DNA of 63,892 nt, filler included. It is 7 parts of 7 records of this genome, joined end to end, with 100 filler letters (N's around TTAATTAATTAA, not from the genome) between each part and the next. Parts side by side here need not be neighbours in the genome. Positions count along the whole stretch, not along the records: positions 42,523 to 52,957 come from SRR31156797_14295; positions 53,058 to 58,101 come from SRR31156797_14320; positions 58,202 to 63,892 come from SRR31156797_14339; 4 more parts are not named here. One strand, 5' to 3'. This document shows positions 51,025 to 60,923 of this stretch, piece by piece. The stretch's first letter is position 1. Every line of letters starts with the position of its first letter. The translations under genes were made by a program, and so were the position numbers. The notes below the pieces were generated by a model. That model did no database searches and had not been told where the DNA came from. It worked only from the letters and a program-made list of their open reading frames with translations.

Positions 51025-52331
51025 ACCCCCTCCTCTTGAATCAACACTAACGTTTTCACTCCCTTCTCCTTGAAATGGTCCGCCCGATAATCCTGGAGAA
51101 ATGAGACAACACTCCGGTTTTTCCCCTTTTCTATCTTAAAGCTGCTTCCAACCACCCGAATGGTGCCGTATCTCCGGGCAAGCCTGCGCTTTCTTGCAAC
51201 CCACCGGCTTTTGTTCATCCCGTCGGAAAAGAACTTTTTAGAATAAAACCCGGCATAGGTTTTCATATCCTTTGAAGACCAGGCAGCAAGCCAGCCATCC
51301 ACGGACTTCTGCAGGGAGCTACCGAGGCTCACATCCCGATAGAGCCCCTTGGCGGCGGAGGCGATCAGACCGGTATCGACGGATTTCCCCTTGGGAAAGG
51401 CCTGAAACAGGTCCCCTGTAATGCGGTAGGCATCATCGATTTTTTTGACAAAAAGCTTTCGTTTTCCAAGGGCGACCCGCCGTTCTTCAAGCGTAACCCC
51501 CATGTCGAAGAACAGGACAAAAACGTTCTTTTCCCTGTAAATTCCGGGGGAATCAATGGAGATCCGAAAGTCAAGGTCTTCCCCGGCCGCCTGATTTCTC
51601 AACTTCCACCACTGATTCCACCATTGGATATTCGGAAGATAACCGGGATCATACAGGGAGAGATACTCCTGGTATGTCCCTTCTTCAATGGCCCGGCCCC
51701 AGGTGGACACAAGAGAAAGCAGGGCCCGGCGCTCCCGGTCGATTGTGTCAGGCGCCGCATAGGAGATACTGTCCACCATGACCACCGGTGTAGCCCCGGT
51801 GGAGATATGCTCGGCAAGCCGAAGGATATCCTTGTCTTTCATGGCCACGCAGCCGTTGGAATCCATGGGTTTCAATTTCTTATTGGTTCCGTGGAGCCAG
51901 ATGGCATTTCCGTTCTTTCCCTCCTGCCGGTCCATAAGATTGGGGTAGTCCGTGGGAAACGCCTTTTTACCGTAGACCGGGGAAAGATAGCGGTCCTCAT
52001 ACTCATCGGTCAGGAAATAGACCCCTTCCGGTGTTTTTTTATCCCCGGACTTGAATTTATTTCCCGCGGCGGCGCCGGTGGAGCACGGCACCCTGAAACG
52101 CTCATACACCCCTTCGCTGTTTGACGAATAAAGGAATACCTGCTGGGAACTCTTTTCCACCAGAACGGCATTGATATTCATGGGTAAAAGAACCAGGGCA
52201 TCGGGCCATTGGGCCGCATCACCAGGCTTATCCACTGCTGCAAACGCCGTATTTGCAGTATTGTCACCCCCAAGCAACACTCCGACCAGAACAAGGCAGA
52301 TCCCTGCCGCTCTTCCAAAACACGACTTCAA
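50988..52331 (-). CDS. YkuD L,D-trans/carboxypeptidase with two NTF2-like domains, Csd6/Pgp2-like
   Basis: Signal peptide; GDKKTPEGVY, AIWLHG...SNGCV (catalytic His/Cys); two W..AW...Y..FY repeats. Confidence 0.85.
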   Translation of the reverse strand: MKSCFGRAAGICLVLVGVLLGGDNTANTAFAAVDKPGDAAQWPDALVLLPMNINAVLVEKSSQQVFLYSSNSEGVYERFRVPCSTGAAAGNKFKSGDKKTPEGVYFLTDEYEDRYLSPVYGKKAFPTDYPNLMDRQEGKNGNAIWLHGTNKKLKPMDSNGCVAMKDKDILRLAEHISTGATPVVMVDSISYAAPDTIDRERRALLSLVSTWGRAIEEGTYQEYLSLYDPGYLPNIQWWNQWWKLRNQAAGEDLDFRISIDSPGIYREKNVFVLFFDMGVTLEERRVALGKRKLFVKKIDDAYRITGDLFQAFPKGKSVDTGLIASAAKGLYRDVSLGSSLQKSVDGWLAAWSSKDMKTYAGFYSKKFFSDGMNKSRWVARKRRLARRYGTIRVVGSSFKIEKGKNRSVVSFLQDYRADHFKEKGVKTLVLIQEEGVWKIYRESWKKN

Positions 52332-52334
52332 TTC

Positions 52335-52957
52335 TTAAAACAACTCCATCTGATAGTTAATGCCAAGATGTTCGTAGGCTTCGGCCGAAGCCTTGCGACC
52401 GGCCGAGGTGCGCATCACCATACCGATCTTAAGCAGGTAGGGCTCGACCACATCCACCAGGGTATCTGTCTCCTCCTGGAGGGTTGCCGACACCGCCTCG
52501 ATGCCCACGGGGCCGCCCCTGTAAAATTCGATAATTGTCTTCAGATAGTTCCGGTCCAGCACGGTGAGCCCCTTGGAATCGATACCTTCAAGATTCAGGG
52601 CCGCCTCCACGCTCTTCCGGGTGACCTCCCCCCCGGAACGAACCATGGAGTAGTCACGGACACGTTTCAGGAGCCGGTTGGCAATCCTGGGAGTTCCCCT
52701 GGACCGCCTGGCCAGTTCAAGGGCGGCGGTATCGTCCATGGTAATCCCCAACAGCGAGCCCGACCGCTTGACAATGGTGACAAGCTCTTCATCGGTGTAA
52801 AAATCCAGGCTCCTGAAAATGCCGAACCGGTCCCGCAGGGGGGATGAAAGCAGCCCCACCCGGGTGGTCGCCCCCACAAGGACGAACCGCTTCAGCTGGT
52901 AGCGGTGGCTCCTGGCATGGAGCCCCGTGTCAAAGACAAAATCCACGGCAAAATCCT
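52335..52957 (-). CDS. ruvB: Holliday junction helicase RuvB, 3' part
   Basis: [42 protein letters not shown]. Confidence 0.96.
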
Positions 52958-53057
52958 NNNNNNNNNNNNNNNNNNNNNNNNNNNNNNNNNNNNNNNNNNN
53001 NTTAATTAATTAANNNNNNNNNNNNNNNNNNNNNNNNNNNNNNNNNNNNNNNNNNNN
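52958..53057. other. Artificial contig linker
   Basis: N44-TTAATTAATTAA-N44. Confidence 0.99.
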
Positions 53058-53671
53058 AACCGGTCGCAAAGGCAATTGAAGCGGGTATTCCGGTAATCGT
53101 CCTGGACCGTCGCGTCCTTGGAGATAAGTTCACCTGCTTCATCGGCGCCGACAACAGGATGATCGGTAAAGCAGCAGGACAGTGGATCGTCGAAAAACTC
53201 GGAGGCAAAGGAAAAGTCATCGAACTCAAGGGCCTGATGACTTCAACCCCGGGACAGGATCGTCATACGGGATTCCGTGATGCCATCAAGGATTCCGAAA
53301 TCGAAATCATTTTCGAAGCCGACATGAAATGGCTCGAACCCGACGCCCGGAAGGAAATGGAATCCGCCCTCGCCCGCTTTAATGAAATCGACCTCGTCTA
53401 CGCCCACAACGATCCCGGCGCCCACGGCGCCTACCTTGCTGCAGCAGCCGCAGATCGCGCGAAGGACATCATGTTCGTAGGCATCGACGCTCTCCCGCAC
53501 GAAGGCATCATGTACGTCAAGCAGGGGGCTCTGGACGCAACCTTCCTCTACCCGACAGGCGGAGCAAAGGCTATCGAAACCGCCCTCGAAATCCTCGCAG
53601 GAAACCAGGTCCCCAAAGAAATAACCCTCGGCTCCCGCTCCTTCACAAAAGAAAACGTGAAAATGAAATAA
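53058..53671 (+). CDS. Ribose-type sugar-binding protein (5' truncated)
   Basis: AGIPVIVLDR, FIGADN, VYAHND, VGIDA. Confidence 0.88.
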
Positions 53672-53820
53672 AGTTTATTAGGATCTTGGGATACGTTACT
53701 GGCTTTTCTTATGCGATTTTTTCGCACGATGGTGACTCACCTGGATTCTAATGACGCTTCTGAACCAGATAAAACGATAATGAAGTGGCCATGTGCAACG
53801 ATCAAATTAACTCATCTATC

Positions 53821-53923
53821 AGTCCCTGAAAGGGACGACGGACCGTAGCCCAGGGCCAGACCGCCGCAGGCGGTTGCAGCCCTGGGTAGGTAGCCAACAA
53901 AAAGAAAGCCCTGAAAGGGCGAC
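53821..53923. repeat. REP/MITE-like structured palindromic element
   Basis: Terminal hairpins GTCCCT-GAA-AGGGAC and GCCCT-GAA-AGGGC flank a nested CCCAGGGC..ACCGCC-GCA-GGCGGT..GCCCTGGG stem. Confidence 0.7.
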
Positions 53924-54022
53924 GCAAAAGAAAACTCATGGTGATTGACTTGCCAGTATTGGGAATTGGGGATGATACCTCTGTAAAATAATACGGGGTA
54001 TGCAAATAGGGGCGAGGTAACT

Positions 54023-54640
54023 ATGTCTTCAATTCCCGACATCAATGAGGTCCCCGATCTTGAAACACTGACCCACGTATCACAATCACTGGCTGTTCTG
54101 GATGCGATCATGATGCCTGAATGGGAATATCGATATTTCTCGTTCAACGCCGCATGGAATCCTGATCTGAACCATCAGCTCGCATCGATGAGAGATGGTC
54201 AGGGTGATGAATTATTCCTTCTGTTTACACCTGCTGGAGCTGCCGGCAAGGTTCTATCGAAGTCCGAACAGATTGATGATGTGGAAACTGTCCTCGCCTC
54301 TGTTCCGGACACCATTGATGGTTTCAAAGAAGAGCCTGCGTTCATGCTGTGCGATATGACGTTTTGCTTCTGGCGAACAAGGGTGGACAGTTCCTGGTCC
54401 GTTTCTCCTGGTGGACGGGATAACTATCCATTGTTGGGTTATTTCATGAATGACTATCGAATCTATCATTCCTGGGCCCGGGAATATTACGAAGTAGAAA
54501 TAGATGAGGCTGCAGTGCAGAAGGTATTTCAGGATCACGAACTCACACGGGAAACGATCGCAACACTCAACCCGGACGTCATGCTGGATACACTGAAGGC
54601 AGATATCGCTGAAATCTTCGGCAGGGATTATTTCATCTGA
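54023..54640 (+). CDS. Hypothetical protein
   Basis: 205 aa with GAGG SD; LAVLDAI..PEWEYRYFSF...MRDGQGD looks like a conserved uncharacterised family. Confidence 0.75.
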   Translation: MSSIPDINEVPDLETLTHVSQSLAVLDAIMMPEWEYRYFSFNAAWNPDLNHQLASMRDGQGDELFLLFTPAGAAGKVLSKSEQIDDVETVLASVPDTIDGFKEEPAFMLCDMTFCFWRTRVDSSWSVSPGGRDNYPLLGYFMNDYRIYHSWAREYYEVEIDEAAVQKVFQDHELTRETIATLNPDVMLDTLKADIAEIFGRDYFI

Positions 54641-54672
54641 TTATGTGAATTTTTGATTTACGAGAAGATCTT

Positions 54673-55083
54673 ATGGGTCATTCCATCTTAGTCGTAAAAA
54701 ACAAAAACGTTATTCTATTTGAATTCGATTTTCTTGTTCTGATTGGATTGATGATACGTGAAGTCAACTCCAATTCACAGAACTATCCTGATCTGGTCTG
54801 GTATGTCGAAGACTGGGAAAAACAATTCTGTGCAGGTGTTGGTTGTTCTAATCTCGCGACAGACGAGTTTGCCGCATCTGCAGTAATAAGAAAACAATTC
54901 CTGGATTTACTGACAATGATAGACCAAATGCTGCTGAAACGTGGACCCAGAACTCCCATAGCAGAGATCGAGCCCTTCTTCAAAGACTCCGGTTGCGAGT
55001 TTGAAGATGATGCGTATTGTGAGAACGATGATGTGCATTATGTGATCCTGAAAATTCGCACTTTGTTCGAAGATGAAAATTGA
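54673..55083 (+). CDS. Acidic hypothetical protein
   Basis: 136-aa ORF co-oriented with the upstream gene; lower GC than flanks. Confidence 0.6.
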   Translation: MGHSILVVKNKNVILFEFDFLVLIGLMIREVNSNSQNYPDLVWYVEDWEKQFCAGVGCSNLATDEFAASAVIRKQFLDLLTMIDQMLLKRGPRTPIAEIEPFFKDSGCEFEDDAYCENDDVHYVILKIRTLFEDEN

Positions 55084-56187
55084 CAACGGCTCTCACGAAC
55101 TCGAAGGAATAATTTAGGGGGCATCACTGTTCTGAATTACCCTGTACTAAATCCGGAGTGAAAATTCCAACCTCCATCCTGTCGTCTACATGATCTGTAT
55201 AATCTGCGGACCCGCTTCTGGCTCATATAGAGTGCACCAATCTCAAAGGTTTTCAGATAAACAGTACCCCTTTTCGCCCCCAGCGAAGCGAACCTTGTCG
55301 TGCATTTTGTGGTTACTTTTCTTCCGTCTACCCCATAGGTGCTGGCTCCTCGCACCAGCCTGCTTCTTTCTGTTTCTACCGTAACATCCTCCCCCTCAAT
55401 CACTTCCTCTATCCCAAACCTTTCTTTTTCTTTTTTTGAGAGAACGGTCGGCATGTTCTTAAGGTGAAGGACATGCAGATGACATGATCAGGAGAAAAAC
55501 AATGAACCATGTTGCAATCATCATTATCATGGCAATGCGGGACATCCGCGCCAGAATGACGCGATCATTCCATGCCGCCGGCCAGGAGGGTATTCTCGCT
55601 GCAAAGAGTAGACGGGCGATTCATCTTTGGAAATCATTCGTATCTCGCGCCAGGAGGTGCACGCGAAGTGCGACAGCCAATTCTCTGTATCCCCCGATCC
55701 GCGGACCCCCGGCTTCGCCGCAAAAGATCAAGATGGATATGGATTAGTACATCCGAGAGAATCTAGGCTTCCGGTCCCTGTTAACCTCATGACCCTGCTG
55801 GATTGCTTTGACAACCCAGCAGAAAAAATAACAACAACGCGATTCGGCACTCGCTTAAGTGCCACCATGAGCAAGGCAGAGGCCGGAAGCCAAAAGCCGA
55901 AAACAAACGAAAAAGCAGATAACCAAAGTTGACGATCGGGAGAAGACAAAAACCTGCCTGCTCCAGAAGTTCGCAGGCACCAACAACAAAAGAGTACCGA
56001 GGTAGCATCAGGAGGCGTACAGCACGCAAACATGCAGATGCCCTCGGTTTGCGCGCATTTTCAATATGGAGCCATTTCTTGGCTCAGTCTTAACGAACTC
56101 TTCCCTTGAGATAGAGTTTCGTTTTTCGTATGATAACACACTGAGTCGTTGTGGATGAAGAAGCAGAATATAACCGGGGAGGAAGCC

Positions 56188-57531
56188 ATGCCCACTGATA
56201 ATTCAGAAAACGATAGCCGCAAGATGGACCGAAGAGAATTCTGCCGCGCCGCCGGATTCGGTATCGGTGGGTTAATCCTCGGCAGCGCATTCTCAGGCAC
56301 AAACGCACGAGCAGATCAACTCGGAAGTCTTCCCTTGCCGACAGTCACCGGCACATCCACTGAACTCTGCCTGAACAGCAGAGCGTCTCAACACTCTGGA
56401 CTCACCGGAACTGCAACCCCCGAGCAAATGGCAAACATCCTGTGGGCCGCCGGGAAAGCTCCCTACATCGGCACCCATCGAGACATACGGGTCGCCACTC
56501 CGGACGGCACATACACATACGACCCCGCAACACACAGTCTGGTCCCGTACTCCAGCGCAACAGGCTCAAATGCTATACGTATCACCTACGATCGCGAACT
56601 CGACTTCGACGCCGGCGTATCCTACATGCCCGCGCTGCTCGCATCCGTCTCCCTCTGGAACGGTACATCAAACCAGATGGCAAGCTGCCCCATCGGCTCA
56701 GGTCTGAGCTTCGGCCTGCGAGGCGTAACCGGACTCAATACCGAACTCGTCGCTGTCTCTTCCGATGGATCTCTTCCTGATCCCGCAACCGATGGCGGAC
56801 TCAACCTCGAACAGGCCATCGCAAAACTCCAGCTCTGCAAGGAATTCTGGATGGGCGCGGACCTCACGCAGGCGCAGCTATCGCAGATTCTCTGGGGCGG
56901 GTACGGCTGCACACCCCACACCGTCTATGGCGGCTACGCAGGACTGACGGTCCCATCCTCCTGGGGCAAGTACGTCCTGACCGAACGGATCTACGTTGTA
57001 CAGGACCGCGTCTGGAGATACGTCAACCGCCAGAACGGCGACCTCAACACCTGCGACCACCGCCTGGAACTGGTACACGATGCCGACGTTCGCCCGGGCC
57101 TGCGACAACTCCTGCCGGACATGCCCGAAGCGCCGTGCTATATCCTTCTCGGCTTGACCGCAGAAGGCCTCAACGACTGGTACTCCCGGATCGAAACCGG
57201 ATTCGTCGCAGGAAGCATGCTCGTGCAGGCATCCTCAATCGGCCTCGCATGCGATTTCAAAACCCAGCTATCCTCTACGCAGCAAACCGACCTGCAGCAA
57301 CTGATCCAGACCCCGACTGAAGATTTCGCCCACGCCGTCGTCGCAGTAGGCCGAAGACTCGCCGACATCAACAGCGATGGTGAAGTCGACCTCGCCGACC
57401 TCGAAGAACTCAGCGACTGCACACAGGGACCTGTCATCCCCGCAGATCCAGCGTGCACCCCCGCCGACCTCAACGCAGACGGAAACGTAGACCTGAAGGA
57501 TTTCAGTAAATTCCAGCAGGTATACAAGTAA
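56188..57531 (+). CDS. Tat-exported tandem nitroreductase-fold protein with C-terminal dockerin-like domain
   Basis: MDRREFC twin-arginine signal; two L..ILWAA/GG regions, TVPSS, IETGFVAGSMLVQASSIGL; ADINSDGEVDLAD and ADLNADGNVDLKD; start ATG 56188 after GGAGG. Confidence 0.72.
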   Translation: MPTDNSENDSRKMDRREFCRAAGFGIGGLILGSAFSGTNARADQLGSLPLPTVTGTSTELCLNSRASQHSGLTGTATPEQMANILWAAGKAPYIGTHRDIRVATPDGTYTYDPATHSLVPYSSATGSNAIRITYDRELDFDAGVSYMPALLASVSLWNGTSNQMASCPIGSGLSFGLRGVTGLNTELVAVSSDGSLPDPATDGGLNLEQAIAKLQLCKEFWMGADLTQAQLSQILWGGYGCTPHTVYGGYAGLTVPSSWGKYVLTERIYVVQDRVWRYVNRQNGDLNTCDHRLELVHDADVRPGLRQLLPDMPEAPCYILLGLTAEGLNDWYSRIETGFVAGSMLVQASSIGLACDFKTQLSSTQQTDLQQLIQTPTEDFAHAVVAVGRRLADINSDGEVDLADLEELSDCTQGPVIPADPACTPADLNADGNVDLKDFSKFQQVYK

Positions 57532-57736
57532 TGAAGCAAGACAGGTTTGCATGAATGCATTCCCAATTGCAGATGTAGCGTTTGAATGCAGGATTGACAG
57601 TAACCCGTACCGAAAGCTTCCAGCTGCGGTCTCATGGAGCCGCAAGGATCATCCAGCGACAGTAGTATTCGAAATACTCTGGTAAGTACTTTCGAAGCTA
57701 CAAAAAAAGACCGGTATCAAACCGTGTCATATGTGG

Positions 57737-57928
57737 TTATCGCGGTTTCTTAAAGAGCAGAACAATATCCCGAGTTGCCCCATACGCCTGGTTGGTATCC
57801 AGCGCCGAGGTAAGCTCCCAGCCATCGCGCCCAAGCTCGTTCATCTTTTCGATGAGCTGTTCTTCGTCAAACTTGCCGCCCATAAATCCGCCCGTCCCGA
57901 GCTTGATCGATTTGTATTCCCACTTCAT
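57737..57928 (-). CDS. DUF4177-type small protein
   Basis: MKWEYK...MNELGRDGWEL...LLFKKP. Confidence 0.85.
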   Translation of the reverse strand: MKWEYKSIKLGTGGFMGGKFDEEQLIEKMNELGRDGWELTSALDTNQAYGATRDIVLLFKKPR

Positions 57929-58074
57929 GCAACATGCTCCTGAAAAAGGTGTGAGGCTTCACACAAAAAACGTGAACACATTGTAAATCTCTTAACCGGC
58001 AAATAGCAAGATTGGTTTCAGTTAACCACCACCAGAAAGGCGCACAAAAAAACCTCCGGAAAACCAGAGGCGAA

Positions 58075-58101
58075 AGCGGGTGATGAGATTCGAACTCACG
58101 A
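58075..58101 (-). tRNA. tRNA 3' fragment, probably tRNA-Gly
   Basis: Minus strand TCGTGAG-TTCGAAT-CTCAT-CACCCGC-T is a T-arm plus acceptor strand; the anticodon is lost in the linker; a terminator-like hairpin follows at 58046-58070. Confidence 0.75.
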
Positions 58102-58201
58102 NNNNNNNNNNNNNNNNNNNNNNNNNNNNNNNNNNNNNNNNNNNNTTAATTAATTAANNNNNNNNNNNNNNNNNNNNNNNNNNNNNNNNNNNNNNNNNNN
58201 N
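58102..58201. other. Artificial contig linker
   Basis: N44-TTAATTAATTAA-N44. Confidence 0.99.
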
Positions 58202-58799
58202 CGTGCTGGTCGGCATCAACCTGCTGCGCGAAGGCCTCGACATCCCCGAATGCGCCCTGGTCTGCATCCTGGATGCCGACAAGGAAGGTTTCCTGCGTTC
58301 GAAAACAAGTTTGGTTCAGACCATCGGCCGGGCCTCGCGCAACGTCGGCGGCCGGGTTCTTCTGTACGCCGATCACATGACCGACTCGCTCGATTACGCC
58401 CTTGGCGAAACCGCCCGGCGGCGCGAACGCCAGCAGGCCTATAACGAGGAACACGGCATCACCCCGGAAACGGTCAAGAACCGCATCTCCGATGTGTTGG
58501 ATTCCGTCTACGAGCAGGACCACTATACGGTCGATACCGGCGTTTCCGGCGACAAACACCTGATCGGCCATAACCTGAAGGCGCACCTGGCCGAGCTCGA
58601 CAAACGCATGCGAGCGGCCGCCGGCGACCTGGAATTCGAAGAAGCGGCCCGTCTGCGCGACGAGATACGTCGGCTCGAAGCAACCGATCTGGGCCTCGAC
58701 AAGGCCGGCGCCGCGCCGCGCGCCGCGGCTGCCGCCGGCTGGAAAGCCGACACCCGCAAGAAGCACAAGAAAAAACGCAAGATGCGGCTCGGGATGTAG
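58202..58799 (+). CDS. uvrB: Excinuclease ABC subunit B, 3' part
   Basis: [38 protein letters not shown] domain [13 protein letters not shown]. Confidence 0.96.
58739..58799 (+). repeat. Left copy of a 61-bp direct repeat (uvrB 3' end)
   Basis: 57/61 identical to 60863-60923. Confidence 0.9.
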
Positions 58800-60862
58800 G
58801 AGCAAATTGCGCGGTTTACTGAATTACAAATCGAACCCTTCGTTCTTTTCAATCGCAGATACTATCTTGACCACTTCTTGGCTTACCTCATGAAGCTTCA
58901 TATTTCGAGCCAAGGAAAGCGCCCCAAATGAAACATCAAATTCATTTTTCGACCAATCTGAGAGCTTGGAAATTACGTGCTTTCCTGGGCAAATATTTCT
59001 TCGACCCTCGAAACTCTTCCAACTCGACTCCACAATTTTTCTTGCTTTTTTGTTAGCCGTTGAAGACCCCTTTTTTTCTACGGCATTAATTTCATTAGAT
59101 ATGCTGTCAAATACATCATTTTTTGTTTCTTCGAATATTCGATCTATTTGTTTTATTATTTCATTTTTATCCGGTTTTTCTTTAGATGTTCTTTCAGAAA
59201 TATAACGATGTATTGCATCTGGCTCCAATATATAATTCTCTATTTCTTTCCGACTCCAAATATGCGTTTCAAGCCCATGTTCCTTTGACTCTTTTTTTAT
59301 TTTTTCATGGTCTGCGTCTGACCTGTAATCTGAATCTAGAATGCAGTAGGGACAAAGTGCCATATCCCCGGCTTTTCGTAGAGCTATAGCCGCACCGATC
59401 GCACGACGCCAATTTCCGAACCCTTCAATCGGAAAGCTGGGAAGTGATCCAATTGAGATTTGGGATTCAGGGAATACTATTCTATGGAAAGAATCTAAGA
59501 AATTAAGGTCATCACCTTCAATAATAATGCACTTTTTTGCAGCCCATAGTCTTGTAAGCTGGATGTTATGTACGCCTCCAATATTATTTATGACACTTTG
59601 AACTGTCGGTATTTTTTCCGCAAAATTCGATTTATCACTGTTTTTATCAACAATTAAAACGCTTTCTGGATTTACTTCTGAAAGAATTTCAAGGGAATGG
59701 GTAGCAATCATGGATTGGCCAAAGTGCCCCGCTACCACTCGCACGAGCTTCCGCTGAAGATCTGCATGCAAATATACATCCGGTTCATCTAGAACAATTG
59801 TCGATCTTTGATTGCATCTCGCTAAAAACCAACACGTTTGGAGCCATGCCTGTAAACCGTGGCCGACCCAACCAATCTCTGCCACGAATGGACCATCCCG
59901 CACCCAAAGATTAATCTCCCGAGGATTCTCGTTTAATATCTCCAGTCGGTCGATGCGCAAATGCGGCCACATCGATTCTGCTAACCGGGTAAATGCGACG
60001 TAACGCGAAGGATTTATTACCTCTCCATACTCTCCGAATTCTTCCTCAACTTCCTCGTAGGACTCATAAAAATAGTGGAGTTGGTTCCTAAAATGGTGTG
60101 GTGCCAAATTCGTACTTAGGTTCGCTCTCACATAATCCTCTTGAAGTACTCGCTCTCTGATATTTAGCCGCCCTACCGGTGGCAAAACGTTGATTTCATC
60201 GGCTTCGAAAATCTTTGCTTTTGCTCTCGATATAATAAGACCACCAGAAGGATCACGTAATACTGCAAAGATTTCTTCCTCTTTCGAATTGAGAAATATC
60301 TGAACAGTTTTTTTGTCAGAGAATTTTGCAGTGATGATTGCTGGTGGGTCGCCATACTGATGGCACAGATTTCGGTACTCAAAGTCGATTCCCCGTAGTG
60401 ATGGAGAAACCCCTATACCGGCATACGGGACATCAAGCCAATCAGGTGCCGCACGGAAATTTAGTCGGGACGACTTAGAAACAACTAAAGATATTAAAGT
60501 CAGCGCCTCAACAATAGTTGTTTTTCCAGCATTGTTTTTTCCAACGATAATTGTCTCGTCTCTAAATGGAACAACATGCTCTGAAAATCCTCGATAATTT
60601 TGAAGCTTGATCTCAATTATCATCGCCCCACCCCCTCGTACTCGCCAAACGAGCGATGGGTATTTTTTATCAATAAATAGAATCCATCAAGCCGTATTAA
60701 TTCTGTCGCTAAACGGCTCGCGAGCTAGTTGACGATAATTGGCAGTAGCTCATCCTCGTCTCCTCCCACACCAGTCGTTTCTAACGCTTGTCGGCCAATG
60801 TGTCGGATCCTGCGGGCGTTAGCAGGTGCACAGGATAGGCTCAGGCTGACCGCGGCGGCCGA
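58800..60862. mobile_element. AT-rich islet inserted at the uvrB 3' end (no integrase inside)
   Basis: Sharp GC drop right after the uvrB stop; bounded by the direct repeat. Confidence 0.65.
58824..60623 (-). CDS. OLD-family ATP-dependent nuclease (ABC ATPase + TOPRIM)
   Basis: GKNNAGKT Walker A, IVLDEPDVYLH Walker B/D-loop, IATHS H-loop, IIEG and ILDSD TOPRIM motifs, EIENY. Confidence 0.85.
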   Translation of the reverse strand: MIIEIKLQNYRGFSEHVVPFRDETIIVGKNNAGKTTIVEALTLISLVVSKSSRLNFRAAPDWLDVPYAGIGVSPSLRGIDFEYRNLCHQYGDPPAIITAKFSDKKTVQIFLNSKEEEIFAVLRDPSGGLIISRAKAKIFEADEINVLPPVGRLNIRERVLQEDYVRANLSTNLAPHHFRNQLHYFYESYEEVEEEFGEYGEVINPSRYVAFTRLAESMWPHLRIDRLEILNENPREINLWVRDGPFVAEIGWVGHGLQAWLQTCWFLARCNQRSTIVLDEPDVYLHADLQRKLVRVVAGHFGQSMIATHSLEILSEVNPESVLIVDKNSDKSNFAEKIPTVQSVINNIGGVHNIQLTRLWAAKKCIIIEGDDLNFLDSFHRIVFPESQISIGSLPSFPIEGFGNWRRAIGAAIALRKAGDMALCPYCILDSDYRSDADHEKIKKESKEHGLETHIWSRKEIENYILEPDAIHRYISERTSKEKPDKNEIIKQIDRIFEETKNDVFDSISNEINAVEKKGSSTANKKARKIVESSWKSFEGRRNICPGKHVISKLSDWSKNEFDVSFGALSLARNMKLHEVSQEVVKIVSAIEKNEGFDL

Positions 60863-60923
60863 CTGGAAAGCCGACACTCGCAAGAAGCACAAAAAGAAGC
60901 GCAAGATGCGGCTCGGGATGTAG
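60863..60923 (+). repeat. Right copy of the 61-bp direct repeat (orphan uvrB 3' end)
   Basis: Encodes the same [19 protein letters not shown]-stop with four synonymous differences. Confidence 0.9.

Noticed and set aside
53906-53930. GAAA...GACGCAAA resembling a c-di-GMP-I riboswitch
   Set aside because: The 5' GGCAAA-type strand and P2 architecture are absent; it is better explained as the terminal hairpin of the REP-like element.
8176-58201. Six identical TTAATTAATTAA motifs in N runs, and sharp GC shifts between segments
   Set aside because: These are artificial linkers between unrelated contigs. The shifts are not genomic islands, and genes on either side are not neighbours.
60781-60822. 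CTAACGC...GCGTTAG hairpin resembling an integron attC site
   Set aside because: Only about 42 bp, poor RYYYAAC/GTTRRRY match, single copy and no integrase.
60729-60923. 64-aa ORF ending in the UvrB C-terminal peptide
   Set aside because: It is an open frame running into the duplicated uvrB tail, with no SD or coding signal; treated as a repeat, not a gene.
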